Shown: piece by piece, positions 15,726-27,109 of the stretch
Numbering within the stretch: position 1 is the stretch's first letter
Layout: each line of letters starts with the position of its first letter
Assembly (NCBI GenBank): GCA_040954595.2
Contig: CM082594.2
Span: 11,412,276-11,476,275 of the forward strand
Reading direction: 5' to 3'
DNA from: Balanoglossus misakiensis
Lineage: Eukaryota > Animalia > Hemichordata
DNA: 64,000 bases
Notes under the pieces: model-generated
Told to the model about the DNA's origin: nothing
What the model saw: the letters and a program-made list of their open reading frames with translations, nothing else
The model's database searches: none
Made by a program: the position numbers and the translations under genes

Positions 15726-17444
15726 GGCTGCTCAGCACGGTCTTGTTTCTCTCCTGGAAAATAAAAATATCGGGAGAGAATGAAAGGAAAAATAATCATA
15801 ATAAATGTATCCAGGTGACACAGAAATCTATCCCACGGCGAATGCCTAAATTAAATTTTCAACCATGCACAGATAATCACCGAAGTACGTGCATAAATTA
15901 TGGGGTCCAAACAAAAGAAAGTGAAAGACGATTCTGGAGATAGAATATTGTATTTATCTGTGGCTCACAACACGAGAGACTGTTATAGATGATTACAATC
16001 CTCTGGTAAATGCTTTCCTTGTTTGTTATCGCGCTCAACATCTTGTCATCGATGATTATAGTAACTGTTCCATTCTGGCAGTGAACTTTTCAACTCAGCC
16101 TCATTTCTCGACACTACATTTTACTATCCATAATATTTGTATATTTTTAAAAATATTATGGATAGTAGAAACGAGTGAACCATTCTGACAATTTTACAGC
16201 ATGGACATTTAATATTATTGTTGAGTAATTTAGCAAGGAAATTACTGTGCTTTTTAGCGACGGTTACGCAGTACTTAATATTCACTAGGGATCGATATAG
16301 TTCGAACAAAAAACAACAAACAGATACATTGACGTATTCCAAGTATATTCTCGGTGACTGTATCTTGAAACGAATCCTCAATAAATTATTTATAATTATT
16401 GTGTGTAAGCCAATATTGGATGTGTTTACACCAACAGTATGCGAATCATTTAAGAACTGTTTCATTCCGTGTAATGTTTATGTGGACTGGGCTATGTTCG
16501 AGTGTTTCAGTGTGTTCTTTGTTGACATACCACATCGTTGTAATTATTCCTGGCGGGGACATGAGTGTGTGATGACGATGTGAAATTTAATTTAGCGTGT
16601 TCGAGTGCGATGGGTTTTTGTGTAAACACAATGCTGTGTGTGTGGTACTGGCTTTTAGATATTGAACTTATTGAGGTATATGCCAAGATCACCAGTAAGA
16701 TAATGCTTGATTTTCGTTAATTATACATTCAAATATTATTTGCTCGAAACTGTGATTAAAAATTAAGATGCGACTTGTGGCTGCCACGAAAAAATCGTTC
16801 AGACTGCGATCTTTCGACGCGAATTTTATCGACTCAAAAATACCTCCATGTGACCCAAATTAACTCCACGGCGTTTTAAATTCATAAATTACCATCCAGC
16901 AAAAGATATTATTATCATTACGCGTTAAAGCTGGCTCCCTAGCACACTGGATTAACGCAAAGTCACTCCACAACCGAAAAGTTTCATGAACAGTATTTTC
17001 CAGGCTCGAAGTCTTATCAGTGGAAAATAAACGTCTGTGGTTATCCGACAGTCTGGCCAGCTAAGAAGGTTATCGTGTGCATTTTTGCAGTGACCTAAAA
17101 GGCGTTTTGGGGTGGCCCCTGTTACCAGACCCCTGGATAGGAAAAGTGCGAAATGGGCTGTCTCACACACTCCCACATATTTGGCAACCGATGAACCATA
17201 GCAGGGCAAAACCTGGTGACCTCAAAGCATATTTCACTACAAAAGTATTATTTGGACTCACTTTACTTCACTTTTGCCGGTTGTGAGATTGGCCACTGAC
17301 GAGAAGTCTCTAACTATCACAGAAAAAAGTTACGACAAATCAACGATACTGGACCTATTACACCAGAACTGGATCTCCTGGATGTTATAAACACTTTTAA
17401 CACTTTTTGTGGATTTCACCAAACTTTCCAGATTCTTTGTGAAC

Positions 17445-17505
17445 ACGAAAGCTATAAGAGAAGTATCCGTAGGGGGCCTACGAATACTTCTCTTATAACT
17501 TTCGT
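17445..17505. repeat. 61-bp near-perfect inverted repeat (29-bp arms, 3-nt loop)
   Basis: ACGAAAGCTATAAGAGAAGTATCCGTAGG-GGG-CCTACGAATACTTCTCTTATAACTTTCGT; arms are complementary at 27/29 positions. Confidence 0.9.
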
Positions 17506-18149
17506 AAAATAAAAATATTATGAATAGTAAAATGAAGTGTCGGGAAATTAGGCTGATTTGAAGTCCAACTCATGGTGCAACTGATCGTCAATTAATTGAC
17601 CCATGGCTGCCTGACTTCTGACACAGAGCAATGACAAATCACAAGTGTTTATTGTACCACTTGACACGCTAGCTTTGCTGTGCCATTTGCAAACATCTAT
17701 CTTTATCCAGATTCCTGTCATTTGTCAGGAAAAATCTCTAAAGGTAAATGTTGGAACCGATGCAGATCATCCACATGGATGTTCCCTGGTGGTTATAATT
17801 CGATTAAAACGCGGTCTTTCTATGACAGATGATAATTTCAAAATCGAATCGACCATCTGCCTTGCTATCATAAATTTTCTTTACTATGGTGTCATTACAA
17901 GTGGACGGTAGCGGGTAAACATTATACAAGAGGACGGAATCAAGACCTCAACAAGAAAATCCACCGACGGCAGCCTAACTTAGCAAATAGGGGTCACATC
18001 GCCCCAAAAGCGCCTGGTGTTATTTAGCGTTTATCTGATAATTTGATGATAATTTAGGCAACGGAAACATTTGATTGACAGAGCCTTTCGAAGTGCATTC
18101 ACAAGTCCAAGGTACCGTTAATAAAACAGCTGGCTACTGTCATCGGTCC

Positions 18150-18830
18150 AATACATTATCGCGCCCTACTTTAATAGATAGACACGCGATAAGATATACC
18201 TTCCTGGCTTTACCTGGCTTCCAAACAATAACCACGCGGGGATTCATTCCCACATTAAACGTTAAAACGGACGCTATTTACCGAAACAGGGCTTTTGTTG
18301 AAATCCCCCAAAACAAACGAATTCTGGGAGTAAACTGATCGATACGTACGCGTGCTGTTTTCTCCACCGAATCGACTTAGCGGAGTATAATATACACATT
18401 TAGCTGGAGGCAAATTAGGGATAAAAGCCGTGCTACCAGCACGGGCAATGTACGATGCGAGTAGATATATAAAGTGTCAACAGTATGCGACTTAAAATAC
18501 GTACCCCTTAAATTCAAGTTCACGTCCAGCGGTGAAATTCAGGTATTTTTCTTAAATGAAAGCCTCGCTTTTTTGAGACAATTGTGCAGGTATTTGCAGG
18601 CTTCGCTCACTTTATGTGGTTTACCACCAAGCACTCAATCCAAACGAGCTACCGATCACCTATATAGTATACACCCAGTATGGCAATGCGCTTGATTACA
18701 CTTACAGTGTTGTATTCTTTTAGACTAATGAATAATTCAAAGCCTCCCCTATCTACTCTATTATTATGCAGTCCGATGCGAACCAAAGAAAGAGGCAGGT
18801 ATGCGTTTTGGGGCGCGTGACGTCACAGGG
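18150..18830 (-). promoter_or_regulatory. Candidate promoter and non-coding first exon region of the tau-like gene
   Basis: The ATG exon is preceded by an acceptor at 15754-15755, so an upstream exon is expected. This region is locally CpG-rich, has donor-like sites (e.g. CAG|GTAAAG near 18212) and a perfect CRE palindrome TGACGTCA at 18818-18825. Confidence 0.45.
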
Positions 18831-19219
18831 TTGGGTACAACTATTTGTACATGGGGGCGAGAGATATCTTGTCTAAGATGGAAAATTTTCATACAATTTA
18901 TTCTCTGAAAACGACATACTGTTAAGTAAATTCAGAAGGAAACAAATGCGACGAAAAGATTACATTAGCGTACTAAAACAGAACTTGTATTAAAATAAAG
19001 TGATATAACACTAATCTAATAACTGTAAACTTTACATTCAGATAACTAACATCAAATAATAACTCCAAAAAGTGTTTCAGTTGAGAAAAATGTCTAAAAA
19101 TGAACTGTCAAATGTATGTAAACTATGTTAGGGGTATGCCATCTTCTTTTCAAAATATCATCCGAGCCGGAGCTCACCAGCAAATATCGATGCCGCCCTC
19201 TATCGGCCTGGTTGGCCTA

Positions 19220-21486
19220 TTAAGTTGACCGAATCAGCTGTACAAAGTCTGAAACCAAAATAACAAACAAACAAATAAATAAGTGGACTTCTTTTTGAGA
19301 AAAGTATAAATAGCAACCTTGTGTGGCTATACTACCAACCGGAAATGTACCCATTTATTATGGAATATAAAGTTACAAAATGACCATCACTCGCTTGTAA
19401 GGATGGCGAGGTAGCCATGACAACCCACCTTCGTAATTGATCTGTCCATGTGAATCTTCGAGGTTTTGCAGTAATTCGTCAACATCTTCATCACCAAGCC
19501 TATCCCCTGGAGAAAGAAAATTAATTAGCATATACATATTGGTGTTCCGAACCTTTCTCAGTACTGACAATAAGTCATGATTGCTTTTAATTGTATGCTA
19601 TGCTAAATAGTAGTGCTACCGTTCACTATAAACACACATTACAACACAAGATTGCTTACCTAGTGTAGTCAGGATATGACGTAATTCAGATGACGAAACT
19701 GTACCGTTACTGTCTTTGTCAAATACTCGCAATCCTTCTACCATGGTGGTGTAATCGCTTCTAGAATCCCATCTGATCTTTGGTCCGTGGGCAGATACGG
19801 TCGCCATAAACTGATCGAAAGTTATTCGAGCGTCTGGAATGAGAAAGGAACATTCTGTCATTAATTCAAAAACAAGCGATTCATGCCTGAAAATGCCCAG
19901 TCGGAGTTGTGTTGCCATGGCTTTGTCTGGATGTAACTAAGCAACGCAAGGCTTTTTGAAGTTTCCAGTTCTACGCACAGAATATGTCGATTACAACCAG
20001 TGGACCTGTTGGTTGACGGACCCCAATGCATGCGATGTGGGATATGTTCCGCTTGTGATAGAATAGTAAAAGTTTGATCAGGCCAAGCTTGGGAAAGACA
20101 ATTTGCTTTCAAATGTTACACACTCACCTCTGTCGTCAGAAAGTTCTTTCTCAATTTTCTTGACATCTTCTCCCATTGGATTGTAACCAAGAGCTCGTAA
20201 AACGTTTTGTATTTCTGACAGCTCGACTTTACCGTCGCCGACTTTGTCAAACAGAGAGAAACAATCTCTCATTTCTGCAAGAATTGAAAAAATGTGACGT
20301 CATCATACATGGGGGTATCTGTGTTGGTATGACGTCATTCGAGCCATACATAGACATGCAGACCTATAGACACACGGGTATAGACAGAACCATTGACAGA
20401 CATAGCACAACATGTACATATTTCCAAATTCGTTGTTGAACAAATTTTAGAAACGTCAAGTTATTTTTTAAAGATGGCGAATAAATCAACAGGTGGCTAT
20501 ACACGTGAAGGACCCGGATGTGTGACATGCAAAGGTCATTTGGATAGGGTCTGTGGATTGTAACATTCATTGAATTCCACCAATGTTATAAACACTTTAT
20601 CTTTGCATAGTCTTTGTTTTGGTACATTCCGTACGAGTACGACATATACAAATTTAAAGCGTCGCTCGTACACTGTGGTAAAAAACAAACATAGTCCAGT
20701 CACTGAACAATATTTAGTGTTAAAACGTTCTGCATATTAATCCCAAGTGAGAAAAATCACCGCCTGGGACTCGGACCGGAACAGATAGTGTTTTAAATTT
20801 AAAAGACTTCGTTTCATAACCATTCTTATTCATTTGAATTCACTGACATGCAACCCCCGGGAATGCCACGCCCTTAAGTAAAGTCTAAGAGTTTGAACAA
20901 ACTTGGAAATCTGTCATAAAGATTTATTATTCTTTGGGAAGAATTTACCTGTACGGGGTTAAATGTAAAATGGTCGTCGTTGGAGCGTTTAATAGGATCA
21001 GAATAAAAGGTCACGGTGCGGCTCTCAGACCGTGCATAGCATTCAAAGTAGTCTACTGCAAAGTAAACTCGGTCTTATTTGTTTGTAGTCGAAGCTCACT
21101 GGTTTTATATCAGGTATCAGCCATGTTTCAAAACTGCGAAAGCTCGACTTTAAACCTAGCAACGCTTAACTGTTGTCAGTTATACCGTTGATTGTTGCTA
21201 TGCCTTATGATGTAATTTACGATGGTTAGTGGAATTGTTGTCAAATCTGTCTTTGAGACGCTCCCCTTATCCGATTTGAACTCGGTTCCGCTTGAGAGAT
21301 TCCTAGTTTGAAACTTGTGTACAGCTTGTGAGAAAAAAAACGTCTATTCACTTACCCATGGTTTGTTCCTCGTCAAAACTTGCCTGCAAATATCAAGAAA
21401 TAAAATCACAGTAAGAAAATGGCATGGTGACGTCAATGTACCTCAAAAGCAAAACAAGAACGAAGAAATTGTCTAGAACTCACCAT
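19220..21486 (-). CDS. Myosin essential (alkali) light chain paralogue C, about 152 aa
   Basis: Exons 21486-21484 (ATG only), 21383-21356, 20274-20128, 19833-19660, 19506-19429, 19248-19220. Translation: [27 protein letters not shown]...[40 protein letters not shown]...[18 protein letters not shown]. Confidence 0.92.
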
Positions 21487-23595
21487 CTTGACTGTCTTGC
21501 TGTCCAACTCCTTGTGAGCGACCAATTATGCGACGCGCCCTCTGGAGCTGCAGTGATTACGTAAGTCACGCCAGGTAAGATGTACAATGCGTACGACGCG
21601 CCGCGTCTGCACTCCAAGTGCCGCGGAGGCTATAAGATGCCGCGTTGATGATGGTATGCGGACGACGTGGACTTAAGAATCACCGCGAGATTAACGTTTT
21701 TCTGAACAGTCCATGTCAACCAAACTTGAAAACAAATCAGTTTGACAGAAGAGCAGCGATAAAAATAGATTAGCTGGATAAAGTATGCTGCCGTTATGTA
21801 TCGGAGTTTGTCAATAATGGCAATACGCGAACGTATTTTGATCCGATATTTCTTCACCAGTCGACTGAAACCAGGGGAAGCATTGGAAGTTACCTGATAA
21901 TCATCTGGAATAGGGACACTTTAACATTTTTCTTCGTTTCTGGGAGGGGGGAAGGGGACGGGACGGGGGAGAGAGAGAGAATTTGCTGTACAACAATATT
22001 TGAGAAACTGTACCTTATTTGATCAGCTGAACTCCGATGCTCCCCGTCAGCGGTCAAACGTTCGTCCATGCCACCAACAAAGATCCCTGTGATATTATTC
22101 CGACATACTCACACAGCAGTGGACAAAGCTGTAGAATAAGCGCAGCTCGGATATACAAGGAGACAAGATGCAACGCGAAAGTGTCCAGTTTTCCATCAAT
22201 TCATCAAAGAAATCGTCACAATTTACGACCAGCATTATCTTCTTCTTCTCCATCATGGTAATAATTGTCAATGGATCGCCTAAAAGCGTTTTGTGTAACG
22301 AACAATTCCATGGTCGCCCCAACCAGCATGGTCTTTGCTCTTCCAGTATCGCACGAGGAATGACAAAATCACGCAAGGAATCATGAGCAAAGCACGTGTA
22401 CACAATCCACGTGTTCAACCATAGCCAATCACGTAGTGCTGCCAACAGGTGTTCACATTTAATATGCTTATTACCCTCCAACTCACTAAAATCTGATTGG
22501 CCACTACCCACTCCCAGATGTCTTTGATGTGTTGCAAGCCGGATGACGTACTCTTGTCACGCAATCAGCCCATCATCCTTCAAACATGAAACCCTTGGCT
22601 TTTGCAGGTAGAGTTTTTATTATAAAATAAAGGTATTAAAGACAGTAACAGAAATTATAATGTTCGTAAATGCACCGCACAAGTTTGAAATTTGACACAA
22701 ATACAGGGGTCTGATTTTTTGTAACTATTCACTACAATAGGACATACGACAAAAACACCAATATGATAGGTTAACTTATTTCAGATTGAGTGACAGTTTG
22801 TCAAAGTCATATCAGGTAATACACTTCTACTGTTATAAAAATTATCACTGATTTTACAATATTATTGGAACTACAAAATGACTATGTGATTTTAGATACT
22901 TCAATACTATCAAAAAGTTCTGCAATCACCTCTACAATATTGAATGCAATCAATAGCTTTATTCTAACTAATTTCATGCTGCCTATTCAAGACTTTAATA
23001 TTCCTAACTTAATTTTCCATATATCATCGTTATATTTCACGATGTTTTTCCGTATAGAGATTTTGCCTCTAGCCAAATATATACACAAAACTTGAATGTT
23101 CTCCCTTCTGGCTACTTCCAATATCTGAACAAGCTTCTTACATTCATGTATAAAATGATAAAAAATCTGTGAATAAAGAATTTCATTTCGGGATGTGTAT
23201 TTGGCTGACATGGGGAGCTATGTGTATGTGGGAGCAAAGGTTCGTGTGTGCAAACTACTGCAAACCAAAAATGTACTTTGGATCTTCAAGAGGGCGTTTT
23301 TGTGTCAGAAACGGCCGTAGAGGGCGCTCATCAAAGCAGTTTTTTCTATCATTTGCCTGCCTTGCTCCGCTTAAAAGGAATGTTCTAAAGTCTACATAAA
23401 GAATTAAATATGTATCGAGATAAGCAATTATAAAGAATCACTGAGTAATCAAGCACTGGCATAGAAATGAAATATTGATTATCATCACAGCCTTTTCACA
23501 ATATTTGCTGTACTTGTTATTTTGGTCATTCATGAAATTTTCTGGAGAAACAGTTGAAATGTTCTTGTGATAGAAGCACCTGATGTGTGTATCGT

Positions 23596-25724
23596 CTACT
23601 GTGACATGACTGTCTTGACAAAATCTGTAAGAAAAGATAAAGTTCAAGTGAATTTTTTTGTACACGAAACTACGAATCAGTTTACTTGCTACCAAGACAT
23701 CCAACTGTTAGCTGGGAAAAATAAAACCTAAACACAGCAAAAGTTTCTCTATCTCAGTTAAATGGGATTATAAGACACTGAGGCACACTGACCTTCGTAA
23801 ACAATTTGACCTTGTGAATCTTCAAGACCAGCCAAGAGCTGCTCCACTTCATCATCTGACAGTCTCTCACCTTTAAAATCAAGAAATCATAATTATTATC
23901 ATCATAGCGTTCCATGAATGATTGAAATACAACCTGTTCGTTGGTTGGTTGAGAGCACCAGAGCCAGCATTGTCACAATATTGTCAACAACAAAAGTTCT
24001 CACTATTCAATAAGAAGCTGTATATGTTGACAAACCAAATAAAAAATGTTCAACTTTAATTTTGCCAGAAGTAGCCTAAGTTTCCACACAACCAATAATT
24101 TTAATAGAAAACACAAGCAAAATTCTGAACATACCAAGGGTTGTGAGAACATGACGCAACTCAGCAGAGTTTATTGTTCCGTTGCCATCCTTGTCAAAGA
24201 CACGCAGCCCTTCAACAAACTCTTCAAAACGATGTTGGTCCTGGGGTGCTTGGGCAGCAAATTGCTGTACAATTGGCAGGAATTCTTCAAATGAAATGCG
24301 CCTGTCTGTGGATAAAATCAAACAAAAAATCTTTCAAAAAGGAAAAGAAGGGTAGATATGTCTTGCACATTGTCAAGTGGTTTCAGCATGTATAGAGCTA
24401 CATAATAAACTCACCTCTGCCACCAAAGCTGTCTACAAGTTTCTTAATCTCCGACTGCAGAGGGTTGTATCCAAGTGCACGGATGACTTCACCGACTGCT
24501 GGGCTTTCAATCTTATTATCCCCTTTCTTGTCAAAGATGGAGAAGGTATCTCTCATTTCTGGAAGGGAGATGGAAGTAGTGTCAGAGACTCATGACCACA
24601 ATTTGAGATCTGTTGACATTCTGGCCCAACATCCCTTTCACACAGACTATTCATATTACGGTAATTGATACAGACTAAACACCAGTTTGTTCATTCCAGA
24701 GATCCCATTCATGTCAGTGTGCTTGCTACGTGAATGTGTTCTCAATAGTATGACCAGCAGCCATTGTGTAAACCACACAATGTTTACATATCTGCGTTTA
24801 CAATATTTACAAACATAGCTGACCTATTTCAGCCCAAGCAAGGCCAACCATCAATTTGTCAGAAAACATCCGATCTCACCACTCACACAATCTGCTCCCT
24901 ATCAAGAATGCAACTTAGGTACAGATTACATTGTTCTTCCTTATTTGGTAGAGTGGGGGGGGGGGGTCAGTTTTGATGGGGTCAGTTTGCAGGTCAATAC
25001 ACCCACTGATTCAGTTTCACAACTAACAGACATGAAACTGACTGGAGTTTGCATTGGAACCAGACACCGAGGATGGACTAAAACTTACATCTAGAAAAAG
25101 TCATGCCCCTGCCATGGTGTACATGTACTTTCAGGTCACACTGACCTCACATATCACTAGTCCATGTAGCACTTTTCCACTTTGAAACTTGGCCCACTTT
25201 TTAAACTACAATTATTGAAGAAACATACACGCTGCTGACATGTAAAGAGTGTCCTTTCCTAGATGAAAGGGATTATAATGCACGGATGTAAAGTATAAAC
25301 ACAAGTTGTGGTCACTGCCGGGCACTCCCTGTGTTATGCTTACTAACAGGAAAGGTCGAGGAACGTTCTCAGTCGATGAGTCATAACCTGGGGTAACCGC
25401 CGCTAGAGCTCAACTCTAAAATCGAGCTCGATAGACTATCAGGGAATCATACACTAAAACACTGTGTTAGCTAGGGCGAAACTTGATTTCCTAAGCGATT
25501 TTCAATCGAATAATAATCTGAAAAGGCCGCCCTGCCCTTCTCAAAACTTCGATCATTCAAAGCTACTGTACTAATGACTGACTGTCAACTTACCAGCGAT
25601 CTGATCTTCGGAGAGGTGAGACTGTAATGTGAAATAAAGAGAGAGGAATGGGTTAATATTTCATCGTTTTGGAAGAAACCACCGAATATCAAAATCTTGA
25701 CAATTAACAGCAAATACTCACCAT
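23596..25724 (-). CDS. Myosin essential light chain paralogue B (MYL6/Mlc-c-like, probably non-muscle), about 150 aa
   Basis: Exons 25724-25722 (ATG only), 25621-25594, 24558-24415, 24305-24135, 23870-23793, 23624-23596. Translation: [27 protein letters not shown]...[11 protein letters not shown]...[66 protein letters not shown]. Confidence 0.94.
24939..24948. promoter_or_regulatory. CArG box (SRF site candidate) in an intron of light chain B
   Basis: CCTTATTTGG fits CC(A/T)6GG exactly. Typical of actomyosin genes, but a motif match only. Confidence 0.35.
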
Positions 25725-25779
25725 TTTGACAGCGTTCTGTTCACAGAGGTGTGGTACAACTGCAGCAGTAGTGGCTAAC

Positions 25780-25870
25780 CTTGCTACTTCCGGAAATGAC
25801 TATCCCTTTTGGTAGTTTGTTGGTTGTTTCCTCAACACGCCACGCCCGCTTATAGCGCCTCCTATAGACT
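25780..25870 (-). promoter_or_regulatory. Putative promoter of light chain B
   Basis: ETS-type ACTTCCGGAA at 25786-25795 and GC/KLF box GCCACGCCC near 25839, about 60-125 bp upstream of the ATG exon. Confidence 0.45.
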
Positions 25871-27109
25871 AACCTTCAGTGATTCATTTGTTTTTAACTT
25901 TTTAACGATTTCTTTGAATAATTGAAATTTGAATGACCAGTTCTTGTCTTGATTGACATCATTAACAGAAAATAAACCTAAACAGGATTTTTGTTGAAAT
26001 AAAAATGACACAACCGCAAATAATTTCAACTAAAACAGAAAGCAATTTATTTCTGTTAAAAAAGAAAGGCTTATACAAAAGGAGGATTTCTTGGAAAGTG
26101 CAACTTTTTACAGAGGTAAAACAACGTACAGAATCACATTGTTGTTTATTTCGCTTAAGCAGTGTTTGCCGTGGTAACTGTTGCGCGAATATGGTTGCCA
26201 TGGGAACAAAAACCAACCTTTTCGGCTTAGAAACAAGAAATAGAGTGGAAAAATAGAAGGGGGAAAAGAATAGAAGCAAGAAATATGAAGGAAGTAGATT
26301 AGACAAGAAAGTGAGAGACAATCAAAATGAGATGCAGAAACAGACGAGAAAAGAAAGAGGACATGAAGAAAAGGAAGCAAGAAAGAAAAGAATTTCAAGT
26401 TCATCATTGGCACCAAAGAAATTGGAAGATTCCTGTTCTCATGAGCAAAGCAACAGATAATACCTTAGTTTCCCAATGTGTTTTGTCAGTAGAAAATACA
26501 AACGGCAAATGTAGAATAAAAAATATTTCTGAAAAGAACACAACTATTCTAACAGCTACATTCAAATGTTAAATACAAAATACAAGTCATGTGAATAATT
26601 AATAATGATCGGTTTGTTCGTTTACATGAGGTCAAAGTTCAGAGTTCAATGTTTAACATCCAAAGGGCAGACACTGAGCAGATTTAACAAAAAAATTGCA
26701 CATTGAAAATACACTACACCCTTATCCTGACTGCGTCTTGTGGAGATGTGTGTCAGAATGCACAGGTGCACCAAACACACAGAAAGTCTTGGATGGTCTG
26801 GACAATTTTGAGCTGCTGAAAGTTCAAATGTGAAAGGTCATGCTCGGCTGGGTCAGACTGAGTATTTTGTATGCAACATATTCTGCTAATGTCTTCACTC
26901 TCTTAAAAAAAACAAGTCAAGTTTTGATTTTTGTACACAATTTTTTGTGGTCTTTTCATGTTAAGATTAAATATTAACAGATACTCATGGGTGAGTTGGT
27001 TTGAGATTTTGTTTGGTGGTCAGCGATGCTTTCAAGATGTTGCCAGGGTAGTGGATGAGTTCTGTCCGTTGTCATGGTTGCAGATGATTGCTGTGAACAC
27101 TGAAGAAAT

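Noticed and set aside
15349-15943. Plus-strand ORFs of 144, 77 and 121 aa
   Set aside because: Antisense to the GC-rich first coding exon of the tau-like gene; no independent splice or domain evidence.
20750-20790. tRNA T-arm/B-box-like fragments (also near 1228, 21272 and 46217)
   Set aside because: Only short degenerate matches; no cloverleaf, A box or TSD could be built, so no tRNA or SINE is called.
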